Assembly: GCA_964419165.1 (NCBI GenBank)
Contig: CAYQOL010000001.1
Location: 1 to 62,089 of the forward strand
DNA: 62,089 bases
Source of the DNA: an uncultured Candidatus Saccharimonas sp.
Lineage (GTDB): Bacteria; Patescibacteriota; Saccharimonadia; Saccharimonadales; Saccharimonadaceae
Reading direction: 5' to 3'
Of this stretch, positions 17,909 through 28,604 are shown one piece after another. The translations under genes and the position numbers were made by a program. Position 1 is the first letter of the stretch; the number at the start of each line of letters is the position of its first letter. The notes beneath the pieces were generated by a model. It did no database searches. It saw only the letters and a program-made list of their open reading frames with translations, and was not told the origin of the DNA.

Positions 17909-19258
17909 ATGGCAGACAAAGAATTAGTTGCCGGCAAAATACCGCCGCAAAATATTGACGCCGAGAAAAGTTTACTGGGCGCCGTTTTGATTGACGAGGA
18001 AACGTTGGCGGATATTTCCGAACATATTAGCGAAAAAGATTTTTATGAAAAACGCCATTCGATAATTTATGGCGCTATGATGCGCTTATATGAAAAGCAC
18101 AAACCGGTCGATTTACTGACATTAACCGATGAGTTAAAACGAAAAAAAGAACTTGATACCATCGGCGGATCAGTATATCTATCCAACCTAACCAATTTTG
18201 TACCTACGGCTGCTAATGCTGAAGCATACGCCGAAATTATCGCCCAAAAAGCCGTTCGCAGACGCTTGATCAAAGCCAGCGGTGAAATATCCGAGATGAG
18301 TTATGACGAGGGCTCATCTACCGACGAACTAATCGGAAAAGCCGAGGCCGAACTATTTTCCGTCAGCGACCAGTCATTAAAACAAGACCTGGTCAGTATC
18401 GAAAGTATTTTAGACGAGAGTTTCGAACGCATCGAAGAACTTCACCGGAACAAAGGCGACATACGCGGAATAAAAACAGGTTATCGCGATCTGGATAATA
18501 TGACAGCCGGTTTACAGCGCAGCGACCTGATAGTACTGGCGGCACGGCCAGCGATGGGCAAGACCACGCTTGTGACAAATCTGGCGTATAACGTTGCGAC
18601 CATTGCCAAACAATCAGTACTTTTCTTTAGCCTCGAAATGAGCAAAGAACAGTTGGTTGACCGTATGCTGGCTGACGCCTCTGGGGTTGATGCATGGAAT
18701 ATTCGAACTGGCAATCTAACTGATGATGATTTCTCCAAATTATCCGAAGCGATGGGGGAATTATCCGAAGCTCCGATATTTATTGACGATACGCCGGGAA
18801 TGTCAGTGCTTGAAATGAGGACCAAAGCCAGACGAGCTATGCACGAGCATCCGTTAGGACTTATAGTCATTGACTATCTTCAACTAATGCAAGGCACCAA
18901 CCGTGACGGCGGAAACCGCGTACAAGAAGTCAGTGAGATATCGCGAGGACTGAAATTAATAGCCCGTGAGTTGAACGTTCCCGTAGTTGCCCTAAGCCAA
19001 TTATCCCGCTCTGTCGAATCACGTAGTCCGCAAATACCACAACTTGCCGACCTTCGTGAATCAGGATCTATCGAACAAGATGCTGATATAGTAATGTTCA
19101 TTTACCGCGAAGCATACTACAACCCCGAAACCGAACGTGAAAATATCACGGATTTGCTTATCGCCAAACATCGTAACGGACCAACCGGCAAAATTGAGCT
19201 ATATTTCCATCCGGAACGCCTGCGCTTTATGTCGCTTGACCGCAAGCATGATAACTGA
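17909..19258 (+). CDS. dnaB: replicative DNA helicase DnaB
   Basis: PPQNIDAEKSLLGA, Walker A ARPAMGKTT, IDYLQLM, SQLSR and ESG.IEQDAD. Start at ATG 17909. No intein. Confidence 0.95.
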   Translation: MADKELVAGKIPPQNIDAEKSLLGAVLIDEETLADISEHISEKDFYEKRHSIIYGAMMRLYEKHKPVDLLTLTDELKRKKELDTIGGSVYLSNLTNFVPTAANAEAYAEIIAQKAVRRRLIKASGEISEMSYDEGSSTDELIGKAEAELFSVSDQSLKQDLVSIESILDESFERIEELHRNKGDIRGIKTGYRDLDNMTAGLQRSDLIVLAARPAMGKTTLVTNLAYNVATIAKQSVLFFSLEMSKEQLVDRMLADASGVDAWNIRTGNLTDDDFSKLSEAMGELSEAPIFIDDTPGMSVLEMRTKARRAMHEHPLGLIVIDYLQLMQGTNRDGGNRVQEVSEISRGLKLIARELNVPVVALSQLSRSVESRSPQIPQLADLRESGSIEQDADIVMFIYREAYYNPETERENITDLLIAKHRNGPTGKIELYFHPERLRFMSLDRKHDN

Positions 19259-19286
19259 GACTCCCGTGCTATAATCGTTAGTAAAT

Positions 19287-20714
19287 ATGTTTAAATTTGA
19301 CATAAGTGAATTTTATTCCTACCGTTTCAGATATTTCATCGGTTACTTTCTATTCGTTATCGGCCTGATTTCCGTATTGATATTCGTCGGATTATATCTT
19401 CCCGGTGGCTTATCAGATCAGGAAATGCAGTCAGTCATAAGAAGCGATTCAATAAACCATAACAGCATATGGTCAACGAACGTTATCAACTTGCCATATC
19501 ATTTACTGCAAAAAGTAAGCTTAGCACTGTTCGGTGTTTCGATATTGAGCATAAAATTACCGTCTATCATCCTGGCTTTTTTGTCGGCCATCGGTATGTT
19601 AATAATATTAAGAAAGTGGTTCAAACCCAGAATCGGCGTACTGGCATCACTTATTGCTATAACGACCGGGCAATTCCTGTTTATCGCTCAAAACGGGACG
19701 CCTGAGGTTCTTTACCTGTTTTGGCCGATATGCTTGATATTTATCGCCAGCCATCTACCTTGTCCTCCGAAATACAAATACATATGTTCCGTGTTGTTGT
19801 TCTCGACTATCGCATTAAGTCTTTACACACCACTTAGTGTGTATATATTGCTTGCTATTATTGGTGCGACATTATTTCACCCACATCTTAGATATCTATT
19901 TAAACAACTGTCACGACCCAAATTGATTTTTGGCTCGGTGTTTTTTCTGATAATAATTACCCCCTTGATAATTTCGGTAATTATGAAGTCATCACTACTA
20001 TTAACGCTTCTTGGAATACCAGATCACTGGCCAAATTTGTCAGCCAATATAAAATCTCTCGGCATTCAATATCTAGGATTTACTAATCCGAATAATACGA
20101 CGTTGATGACACCGTTTTTTGAACTTGGTTCTATGCTTATAATTGCCATCGGAATATTTAACACGATTAGAACTATCGAAACGGCAAAAAGCTATATCCT
20201 AGCATTTTGGACGGTTTGTTTATTGCCCGTAATACTTTTTAATCCTGACTTTACCAGTATCACTTTTTTGCCTCTAGTGATTTTGTTGGCATCCGGTCTA
20301 AGCTATTTGCTCAGCTATTGGTACGACTTATTCCCAAGGAATCCTTATGCAAGAGTTGGTGGTCTTATCCCTTTGGTAATTTTAGTCTCAGTACTTATTT
20401 TTTCTGGTATCGACAGGTATATACACGGCTACAGGTATGACCCCAATCTATCTTCAAGTTTTTCAAATGATCTTAAACTTATACCCAAGGACACTAAGGA
20501 ATTGGTCGTTTCAAGCGATGAATCGTCTTTTTACAGTGTTTACACCAGGCACAGGACCGGAATAATACTATCAGAGTCACCAACAGGGGATGAATTCTTA
20601 GCGTCCCGCAAAGCAAAGAAAAACTATGCAGGTTATTCAATCAAAAGGATAATCACGACTTCCAGTATTAACGACGCCGACCGTTTTTATCTGTATAAAA
20701 AGATAGCGAATTAA
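19287..20714 (+). CDS. polytopic membrane protein, GT39/ArnT-like glycosyltransferase fold (tentative)
   Basis: About 11 hydrophobic segments. The layout resembles lipid-carrier-dependent glycosyltransferases. No strict motif verified. Confidence 0.45.
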   Translation: MFKFDISEFYSYRFRYFIGYFLFVIGLISVLIFVGLYLPGGLSDQEMQSVIRSDSINHNSIWSTNVINLPYHLLQKVSLALFGVSILSIKLPSIILAFLSAIGMLIILRKWFKPRIGVLASLIAITTGQFLFIAQNGTPEVLYLFWPICLIFIASHLPCPPKYKYICSVLLFSTIALSLYTPLSVYILLAIIGATLFHPHLRYLFKQLSRPKLIFGSVFFLIIITPLIISVIMKSSLLLTLLGIPDHWPNLSANIKSLGIQYLGFTNPNNTTLMTPFFELGSMLIIAIGIFNTIRTIETAKSYILAFWTVCLLPVILFNPDFTSITFLPLVILLASGLSYLLSYWYDLFPRNPYARVGGLIPLVILVSVLIFSGIDRYIHGYRYDPNLSSSFSNDLKLIPKDTKELVVSSDESSFYSVYTRHRTGIILSESPTGDEFLASRKAKKNYAGYSIKRIITTSSINDADRFYLYKKIAN

Positions 20715-20757
20715 AGTATACTGAATAATATAGAAATCAGATCAAGGAGTATTTTTT

Positions 20758-21048
20758 ATGGCATTTGACCAAGTAAAAATGTTAAACAATCTACGCAAAG
20801 CACAAAACGAGCTCAAGAAAGAAATCATTGAGGTCGAAGCCGGCGACGGTGCTGTTGTCGTTCAAATTACAGGCGAGCTGAAAGTCAAAAAAATCAAAAT
20901 CGACCCTGAACAAGTCGATCTTGATGATATCGAACAATTAGAACATTGGTTGGAAATTGCTATTCGCGACGGTTTCAGCAAAGCTCAAGAGATTGCCGCT
21001 GAAAAGATGAAACCATTAATGGGTGGTCTAGGTAATCTAGGCCTCTAG
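20758..21048 (+). CDS. ybaB: YbaB/EbfC nucleoid-associated protein
   Basis: 96 aa with the pattern MLNNLRKAQ..LKKE...E...G.GAV.V...G...V..I.I. Ends in TAG at 21046..21048. Confidence 0.85.
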   Translation: MAFDQVKMLNNLRKAQNELKKEIIEVEAGDGAVVVQITGELKVKKIKIDPEQVDLDDIEQLEHWLEIAIRDGFSKAQEIAAEKMKPLMGGLGNLGL

Positions 21049-21060
21049 GGAGTTTAGGTT

Positions 21061-21675
21061 TTGGCTCAATTGCTTCCATCGGCGTTAGTTGACGTCATAA
21101 ACGAACTCGGACGTTTGCCGGGCGTAGGTGAACGTACGGCTGAACGTTACGCGTATTTCTTACTGCGAACCGATAAGCATACCAGCAAAAAGTTGGCCGA
21201 AACCATCAGTATGCTTCACGACAACGTCAAGACATGCCCCGTAACGTTCGCCCTGATTGATGCAAACGAAGACATTTCACCGTTATATGGAGATCCAAAA
21301 CGAGACAAATCCACGGTCGCAGTAGTAGAGGAGCCTCTGGATATTATCGCCCTTGAGCGCACAGGTCAATATAACGGCACATACCATGTACTTGGCGGTG
21401 CTATCAGCCCGATTGATGGCATCGGTCCGGAGCAGTTACATATACCTGAACTTGTCGAGAGATTGACTAAAGATAACGTTCAGGAAGTAATTATCGCGAC
21501 AAATGCCAGCGTAGAAGGCGAATCGACCGCGCTATTCTTGCAGCGCTACATCAATGAATCCGGCATCGATATTAAAATAACAAGATTGGCACGCGGCATA
21601 CCGGTCGGAGTAGATCTGGAATATGCCGGACAAATCACATTATCTCACGCACTGGAAGGTAGAAGGGTATTTTAA
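21061..21675 (+). CDS. recR: recombination protein RecR
   Basis: LP.VG.RTAER.A helix-hairpin-helix and a Toprim region (VIIATN...EGE.TA.F). TTG start. Confidence 0.9.
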   Translation: MAQLLPSALVDVINELGRLPGVGERTAERYAYFLLRTDKHTSKKLAETISMLHDNVKTCPVTFALIDANEDISPLYGDPKRDKSTVAVVEEPLDIIALERTGQYNGTYHVLGGAISPIDGIGPEQLHIPELVERLTKDNVQEVIIATNASVEGESTALFLQRYINESGIDIKITRLARGIPVGVDLEYAGQITLSHALEGRRVF

Positions 21676-22659
21676 ATGTACGAACAGGTTAAACAATTGG
21701 TCGCATGCTCCGATAAAATCATTGTCGTTCAGGCTGAGAACCCGGACGGAGACTCGATGGGAAGCGCACTGGCACTGGAAGAAATTTTAGGAGATTTAGG
21801 AAAAAAAGCAGTACTTTATTGCCCAATTGAGATTCCAAAATATATCAGGTACATAAAAGGTTGGGACAGGGTAACTAGTCAATTCGATACGTCCGCAGAT
21901 ATGGCAATTATCGTCGACACGATGGCAGACGTATTAATGACAAAAACTCTAAACTCTCCGGGAGTACGCCACTTTATGGAAACCCATCCGGTACTTGCTA
22001 TCGACCATCATATAAGCGATTCTGATCTTAGTTTTGAACATACCCAGATTTTGGAAAACGCCGTCGCGACCGGTGAAATTATTTACAGAATAGCAAAAGG
22101 CCTGAATTGGAAAATCAACCCTCAAGCTGCCGAAAATCTATTGTCCGCTATTATGAGCGACAGCCTTGGCTTTGTTACTCAAAATGTAACTGCTGAATCT
22201 TTTCGTATTGCTGGCGATCTGACTGATCTAGGCGCAAATAGCAACACCATCGAGACGCGGCGCCACGAATATATGAAGAAGTCGCCAGAAATTTTGAAGT
22301 ACAAGGGCGAACTGATCGAGCGTATCGAATATTTTCTGGATGGAAAAATCGCTTTGATACACATTCCATGGGAAGATATTCAAAAATACAGCGACAAATA
22401 TAACCCGAGCGCCTTAGTGCTGGAAGAAATGAGATTTGTAGAAGGAGTCGAGATAGGCGTTGCCATCAAAACCTATCCTGACGGCAAATTGACCGGAAAA
22501 CTTCGCAGTAATTCACCGATAGCCGGTTCAGTCGCTGGTTATTTCGGAGGCGGTGGGCATGAATATGCGGCCGGCTTTCGCGTTTACGAATCAATTGATA
22601 CAATTATCCCAGAATTATTGAACGCGGTCAAAAAAGCTTTGAAGGAAATATCAAAATGA
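21676..22659 (+). CDS. DHH/DHHA1 phosphoesterase (NrnA-like nanoRNase/pAp phosphatase)
   Basis: DGDSMGSALAL, IDHH and GGGHEYAAG motifs. Confidence 0.8.
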   Translation: MYEQVKQLVACSDKIIVVQAENPDGDSMGSALALEEILGDLGKKAVLYCPIEIPKYIRYIKGWDRVTSQFDTSADMAIIVDTMADVLMTKTLNSPGVRHFMETHPVLAIDHHISDSDLSFEHTQILENAVATGEIIYRIAKGLNWKINPQAAENLLSAIMSDSLGFVTQNVTAESFRIAGDLTDLGANSNTIETRRHEYMKKSPEILKYKGELIERIEYFLDGKIALIHIPWEDIQKYSDKYNPSALVLEEMRFVEGVEIGVAIKTYPDGKLTGKLRSNSPIAGSVAGYFGGGGHEYAAGFRVYESIDTIIPELLNAVKKALKEISK

Positions 22660-24122
22660 CACTGAAGTTTCATAATACCCCAACTGGATTAGTCGAAGAA
22701 TTCGTTGCCATTAATGACAAAAAGGTTTCCCTATATACTTGCGGACCGACCGTATACGATTATCAACATATCGGCAATATGTCAGCATATATTCACTGGG
22801 ATGTTCTAGTTAGAATATTATTGGCAAACGATTACGAAGTTGACAGAGTCTTGAATATTACCGACGTGGGTCATTTGACTAGTGATGCCGATGAAGGTGA
22901 GGACAAACTTTCAAAAGGCGCTCGTCGCGAAGGCAAGACCGCATGGGAAATAGCTGAGTTTTACACCGCTGATTTTCTTGAATGTATGAAAAATCTAAAT
23001 ATGATTGAGCCGACAAATATCGCCAAAGCCACCGATTACATTCCTGAACAGCTGAATCTTGTCCGAAAATTGAAAGAAAAAGGTTACACATACCAGATAT
23101 CCGACGGAATCTATTATGATACCTCAAAATTTTCGAAATATGCGGATTTTGCTCATCTGAACTTGAAATCGCTTAAAGCCGGTGCCAGGGTCGAAATAAA
23201 CCCGGAAAAGAAAAATCCGGCTGATTTTGCCCTATGGAAATTCTCAACCAAAGATGAGAAAAGGGATATGGAATGGGAAACGCCCGTAGATTTGCTCGCA
23301 AAAGGTACTGACACTCCAAAGATGGGATTTCCGGGCTGGCACTTGGAATGCTCGGCAATCGCTATGTCACTTCTTGGCAACACTATCGATATTCATACCG
23401 GCGGCATCGATCATATTCCCGTGCATCACACCAATGAAATAGCTCAGTCAGAGGCCGTAACTGGAGTTCGCTTCAGTAATTATTGGCTTCATTGCAATCA
23501 CCTGAAATCAAACGGCACAAAAATCAGCAAATCACTTGGTAACGGTTACAGGGTCAAAGATTTAGAGATACAAGGTTTTTCACCTCTCGACTTTAGAATG
23601 TTCGTACTTCAAGGCCATTACCGTAACGAAGGAAATTTCACCTTCAAGGCACTGTCAGCAGCCAAGAACAGACTGCACAAATGGCGAAATGTAGCCGCAA
23701 TTAGACATCAGATTAACAACACCATAAAAAGTGATGCGGAAAAATTGGTCGAACAAAAAACCGTTTTGGTGTACGCCGTATCCCAAGCGGTCATCGATAC
23801 CGTCAGCAACGATCTTAATACACCGGAAGCTTTGAAACTAATCGACGACACGTTTTCAGAAATACTGGGATCAACACTTGACAATATCCATAGACCGGCA
23901 TTTCTGCAATTATTGGAAATTATCGACTCAGTATTAGGGCTCAACCTGATTGATAGCACTCCCGATATATCTGACGACTTAAAAGAGATTATTTTTGAAC
24001 GTAATCAAGCGCGCAATGAACAAGATTGGCTAAAGTCAGATGCTTTGCGCGAGCGTCTGATTAAATACGGAATATCCGTTCGTGACACCCAAAAAGAAAC
24101 TATTTGGGAATACGCCGAGTAA
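22656..24122 (+). CDS. cysS: cysteine--tRNA ligase
   Basis: CGPTVYDYQHIGN (HIGH), GWHLECS and KISKSLGN (KMSKS). ATGA overlap with the upstream gene. Confidence 0.95.
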   Translation: MTLKFHNTPTGLVEEFVAINDKKVSLYTCGPTVYDYQHIGNMSAYIHWDVLVRILLANDYEVDRVLNITDVGHLTSDADEGEDKLSKGARREGKTAWEIAEFYTADFLECMKNLNMIEPTNIAKATDYIPEQLNLVRKLKEKGYTYQISDGIYYDTSKFSKYADFAHLNLKSLKAGARVEINPEKKNPADFALWKFSTKDEKRDMEWETPVDLLAKGTDTPKMGFPGWHLECSAIAMSLLGNTIDIHTGGIDHIPVHHTNEIAQSEAVTGVRFSNYWLHCNHLKSNGTKISKSLGNGYRVKDLEIQGFSPLDFRMFVLQGHYRNEGNFTFKALSAAKNRLHKWRNVAAIRHQINNTIKSDAEKLVEQKTVLVYAVSQAVIDTVSNDLNTPEALKLIDDTFSEILGSTLDNIHRPAFLQLLEIIDSVLGLNLIDSTPDISDDLKEIIFERNQARNEQDWLKSDALRERLIKYGISVRDTQKETIWEYAE

Positions 24123-24131
24123 GACATCGAA

Positions 24132-25274
24132 CTATTCGTCTTTACTGAGGCCCACCGACAACTTACCGAGCATATTACCCAAACCTTTGGTTTCTTTTTT
24201 ATACTTCTTTTTTAACCTGATAAAGTAATCCTCGATTAGGACTCCGATACAACCGGCGACAGGAATAGAAATCAAGCCACCGATGAAACCAAACATATAA
24301 ACACCGGTAGTCACCGCGATCAAAATCATCAGCGCTGATAAATCTAATCTCTTGGACTGTATTTTCGGCGAAATGTAATTCGCCTCCAATTGCTGATACA
24401 AGATATAAAATATCAAGAAAATCACGGCCGCAGTAACATCATTAAGTGCCAGTACTACGCCGACGATAACCGCTCCTATCATCGCTCCAAAAAGAGGTAT
24501 CAGCGATAACACAAAAACGATTGCCGCCGCAGGAATGGATAAGTTTGCAGGTATATCAAACATAAAACTCATAATAAAGACGAATACGCCTGCAACCGTG
24601 CCTGCTATTGCCGATACCGACAGTTGACCGACGACGAAGTTAGTTACGACTCTGTACATTCGCTTCGTTAAGGAACGGTGATATTCCATAAGATCCTTGT
24701 CGATATAAAATGACCAAAGCCTATTCATCCACATCGGACCTTCAACGAGCATCAAAAACGTCAAAACCAACACTAATATCATTGTAACTACAGTAAATAA
24801 CAGTGAACTTATACCAGTAATCAGTAATGATCCAGCAGTGGTTGCGAAATGCGCGGCACCGTTTTTGACCGACTCGACTATCCTGTCAACCTCAGGTTGC
24901 AAATTATAATGTTTAATAAATTGACTAGCACCGACATATTGCTCGCTAGCCTCATCTATCATATCCGGCAATTTTTGGGTAAATCTGACCGTTTGCTCGA
25001 CAATAGGCGGAACGACAAGAAATATTATCATCGCTAAAACAGCCAATACTGCTACATAAGAAATTGCCGTACTAAGAACCCGACTCTTACCCGGTAATAT
25101 TTTTACCAAACGATTCACAGGCAAACTGAGTGCGATAGCAAAGAAAAAAGATATCCCAACTATCAATAACGCAGTCCTTGCGCTATATATTAAAAATGCT
25201 ACCAGGGCAAATCCGATTACTACAAGCCAGAATCGGACGAATGTTCTCGTGTCAATTTCAATACGTACGTTCAT
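24132..25274 (-). CDS. AI-2E family (PerM-like) transporter
   Basis: 380 aa, about 8 TM, with the typical spacing and the QQLE.N.I.PK motif. Confidence 0.8.
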   Translation of the reverse strand: MNVRIEIDTRTFVRFWLVVIGFALVAFLIYSARTALLIVGISFFFAIALSLPVNRLVKILPGKSRVLSTAISYVAVLAVLAMIIFLVVPPIVEQTVRFTQKLPDMIDEASEQYVGASQFIKHYNLQPEVDRIVESVKNGAAHFATTAGSLLITGISSLLFTVVTMILVLVLTFLMLVEGPMWMNRLWSFYIDKDLMEYHRSLTKRMYRVVTNFVVGQLSVSAIAGTVAGVFVFIMSFMFDIPANLSIPAAAIVFVLSLIPLFGAMIGAVIVGVVLALNDVTAAVIFLIFYILYQQLEANYISPKIQSKRLDLSALMILIAVTTGVYMFGFIGGLISIPVAGCIGVLIEDYFIRLKKKYKKETKGLGNMLGKLSVGLSKDE

Positions 25275-25428
25275 AAGCTGTATTATACACTAATTATTAT
25301 CCCAAAATTCCTCATTTTATGTTATTAACATATTTTACATATTATAAACTAGATAAAAATCAAATAAAAAGTCTTTTTACTTAATATCTAAGCGTTTATT
25401 AAGCACATTTGAGTGTATAATTATATAT

Positions 25429-26103
25429 ATGAGAATTTTAATCATAGAAGACGAGCACAAAATAGCACAAGCCCTAAAAAAGGCTTTACAACAAGAAAAT
25501 TACGCCGTAGACGTTTCTTACGACGGTGACGACGGTTTCGCTATGGCGACGACAGAACCATACGATTTGGCAATCATCGACAGGATGATACCGGGTGAGT
25601 ATGACGGTCTGGGCGTAGTCAAAGCAATGAGAGAAGCAAAGATTCATACTCCCGTCCTACTACTAACAGCTAAAGGAACTGTGGCGGACAGAGCAACCGG
25701 TCTTGATGCTGGCGCCGATGACTATCTAGTTAAACCTTTTGCCTTAGAGGAACTCCTTGCGCGCATACGAGCATTACTGCGCCGACCGACCGAAGTACAA
25801 CAAACCGTTCTTACGGCAGGCGATTTGTCACTTAATACGGTAACTTGTGAAGTCAAGCGAGGCGACAAGATTATCAATCTGACCGGAAAAGAATTTGCCC
25901 TACTTGAATATCTATTACGTAATCAAGGTCGTCCTCATAGTAAGGAAACGATCATCAGCCATGTCTGGGACTATAACGCTGATGTCCTGCCGAACACGGT
26001 CGAGGTTTATATGAAATATCTCAGGCAAAAAATCGATGACCCATTTGATAAGTCTTTGCTTCATACGGTGCGCAGTTTCGGTTATAAAATCGATGCGAAA
26101 TAA
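25429..26103 (+). CDS. OmpR-family response regulator
   Basis: Receiver domain (DL.I.D...P..DG; T.K) plus a winged-helix C-terminus (LT.KEF.LLEYL..N.G...S...I...VW). Confidence 0.9.
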   Translation: MRILIIEDEHKIAQALKKALQQENYAVDVSYDGDDGFAMATTEPYDLAIIDRMIPGEYDGLGVVKAMREAKIHTPVLLLTAKGTVADRATGLDAGADDYLVKPFALEELLARIRALLRRPTEVQQTVLTAGDLSLNTVTCEVKRGDKIINLTGKEFALLEYLLRNQGRPHSKETIISHVWDYNADVLPNTVEVYMKYLRQKIDDPFDKSLLHTVRSFGYKIDAK

Positions 26104-26116
26104 AGGTATATAAATC

Positions 26117-27130
26117 GTGTTCAAATCAGCAACTCTTAGATTGACTGGCTGGTATTTATTGATACTAATGACCATTAGTATTTTGTTCAGTATCACTATT
26201 TACCAAATAACTTCTAATGAAATGCCAAACCGACTGGAAAGGTTTCAAGACCGTTTAGAAGAGTCTCAGATATTTTTCCAACCACCGCTTGGCATCGAGA
26301 ATCTTCGCGAAAGAGAAGTTAATGACTCACTAGCAAGCCTTTCTGTTGAGTTGCTGTATGTAAATTTAGGAGTGTTTATAATCGGTGGACTCGGCAGCTA
26401 TTTTTTAGCCAAGCGAAGTCTAAGGCCGATTCAAAAGGCCCATGAAGCACAATCACAGTTCACTAGTGATGCCAGCCACGAACTACGTACGCCACTTGCC
26501 GCTATGAAAACTGAGCTGGAAGTAGCCTTAAGAGACAAGAACGCCACAGTACCCGAACTTAAAGAAATACTATCTAGCAATCTTGAAGAGGTCGACAAAC
26601 TTACGAAACTATCCGAGATGTTACTCAACATATCACACCTTGACCAAAATAATTTGAAATTTACGTCTGTTAATATCAATAAGGTTCTAGACTACATTGT
26701 CAAAGATTTCAAAGAATCCCTGAAAAGATTGTCGGTAACGGGTTCGAAGCGGCTCATAATACACGGCAATGAAATGGCAATAACCGATTTAATGAAGGTC
26801 CTGCTAGAAAACGCCGTTCAATACAGTCCGCCTGATTCAAAGATATATATCCATTTATCTAAATCTGAGGATTATGCAAAATTTGAGATTACAAATTCGG
26901 GACCGGGTATCGAAAATGATAAATTACCACATATATTTGAAAGATTTTACCGCGCCGATTCATCAAGGACGAACGGAAAAAATAAGGGTTATGGTCTTGG
27001 ATTGGCACTGGCAAAAAATATCGTCGAGCTACACAAAGGCAGGTTGTTTGTAAGTAGTACGCCAGGCGAAGAAACGACCTTTTCATTCCTTTTACCTCTC
27101 GTAAAACATTCTAAGCAGAAAATCAGTTAA
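26117..27130 (+). CDS. sensor histidine kinase (2 TM)
   Basis: SHELRTPLA H-box, NAVQYS N-box, NSGPGI and GYGLGLA G-boxes. GTG start. Confidence 0.85.
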   Translation: MFKSATLRLTGWYLLILMTISILFSITIYQITSNEMPNRLERFQDRLEESQIFFQPPLGIENLREREVNDSLASLSVELLYVNLGVFIIGGLGSYFLAKRSLRPIQKAHEAQSQFTSDASHELRTPLAAMKTELEVALRDKNATVPELKEILSSNLEEVDKLTKLSEMLLNISHLDQNNLKFTSVNINKVLDYIVKDFKESLKRLSVTGSKRLIIHGNEMAITDLMKVLLENAVQYSPPDSKIYIHLSKSEDYAKFEITNSGPGIENDKLPHIFERFYRADSSRTNGKNKGYGLGLALAKNIVELHKGRLFVSSTPGEETTFSFLLPLVKHSKQKIS

Positions 27131-27207
27131 TATTAATAAACTATATCCATAACATCTAATAATATTCATCCGTCGACGACATCAAGTAGCGGACGAAAGG
27201 AGATATA

Positions 27208-28596
27208 ATGAATGTAGTTACGCGAGGCATAAAAAATGCCGTTCGCAGCCCTCTAAGATCAGGAGCAATAATCCTGATGCTCGCCATCAGTATAGGCTTG
27301 GTACTATGTATGCTGGTAGCTAGGGGTAGTGTTAATGCTAAGATCGAAGAAGTCAAGTCATCGTCTGGCAATAACATTACGATTAATCCTGCAGGAGTTA
27401 GAGGTTTTGCGGGTGGAGGTAATTACCTAACATCAGAAATATTATCTAAGGTTCAAGATGCCGATCATATTTCAGGTATCGTATCGACATTGAGCGATCA
27501 AATGAGTACGGACGATACGAATTTATCTTCATCACTTGAACTTGGAGATTTTGGACAGAGGCAACAAAGACCCGATAGTAGTTCTAGTTCAACAGACGAC
27601 TCGAACTCAAACAATACGGATGATACCGACGAGACCGATTTAAATATCTCAAGCGAAAATATGCCTACGCCCACGCCTAGAATCACCGTGACCGGAACGA
27701 CCAACCCTGATTCCGTTTCGTCCGATGGCAGCGATCTGAATATAACCGAAGGAAAAACCTTCGACGATTCAAATACGGAATTGGTCGCATTGATAGGCGC
27801 GGATTTAGCCGAAGAAAACAACTTGTCTGTTGGTGATAGTTTTACTGCATACGATAACACAATAATCGTAATTGGTATTTATGAAACAGGAAATACTTTC
27901 GAAGACAGTAATATAATTATGCCCCTAGCGACCCTACAAGGTCTAATAGATGAGGACGGATCCGTCAGTAGTATTACCGCGACGGTTGATAGCAACGACA
28001 ACGTAAAGTCAGTCGTAACGGCACTAAATTCTTCGCTCGGAGACGATGTCGATATCACGAGCGATATCGAGAGGGCAGAAAATACGGTTTCTTCGCTAAA
28101 AAGTATCGCGTCTCTGGCTTTGGCTGGTGTATTTGGCGCAACTATTGCAGGCGCGGTAATTGTCTTGCTCGCGATGGTTATGATCGTACGTGAAAGAAGG
28201 CGTGAAATTGGGGTCATTAAGGCTATTGGCGGCACGAACCGCAAAGTAATCGGACAATTCGTGACCGAATCATTAACTTTGACGATAATTGGCGCTATTA
28301 TCGGCTTGTCGCTCGGCGTAATCGTCAGCGGTCCGATGACAACATCGCTCGTAAGTAGCAGTTCAAATAGCTCGTCCCAAAAAAGCCAGGACGGTCCCGT
28401 CGGAGGACCAGGCGGAATGATGCGAGAAAGTATGCAGCAAATCGGTAATAATTTCACGCAGGTCACCGCCAGTCTGACTCCCCAGATATTCGCCTCGGCC
28501 GTCGGGATGACATTATTAATAGCAATCATTGGTAGCGCTTTACCGGCTTGGTTTATTGCGCGAATCCGTCCAGCGGAAGTATTAAGAACTGAATAG
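27208..28596 (+). CDS. FtsX-like ABC transporter permease with a long extracytoplasmic domain
   Basis: N-terminal TM, a ~280-aa extracellular region with S/D/T/N-rich low-complexity stretches, and a C-terminal FtsX 3-TM bundle (RRREIGV.KA.G). Confidence 0.75.
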   Translation: MNVVTRGIKNAVRSPLRSGAIILMLAISIGLVLCMLVARGSVNAKIEEVKSSSGNNITINPAGVRGFAGGGNYLTSEILSKVQDADHISGIVSTLSDQMSTDDTNLSSSLELGDFGQRQQRPDSSSSSTDDSNSNNTDDTDETDLNISSENMPTPTPRITVTGTTNPDSVSSDGSDLNITEGKTFDDSNTELVALIGADLAEENNLSVGDSFTAYDNTIIVIGIYETGNTFEDSNIIMPLATLQGLIDEDGSVSSITATVDSNDNVKSVVTALNSSLGDDVDITSDIERAENTVSSLKSIASLALAGVFGATIAGAVIVLLAMVMIVRERRREIGVIKAIGGTNRKVIGQFVTESLTLTIIGAIIGLSLGVIVSGPMTTSLVSSSSNSSSQKSQDGPVGGPGGMMRESMQQIGNNFTQVTASLTPQIFASAVGMTLLIAIIGSALPAWFIARIRPAEVLRTE

Positions 28597-28604
28597 GAGG
28601 AAAT

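Noticed and set aside
27879-28529. 216-aa reverse-strand ORF inside the FtsX permease gene. Similar long antisense ORFs occur at 6071..6550, 31730..32161, 18481..18870, 14744..15070, 37858..38352, 11012..11374, 46119..46505 and 42430..42792.
   Set aside because: Each lies fully inside a gene with clear family motifs on the opposite strand. They lack SDs and have low-complexity or odd composition. They are shadow ORFs.
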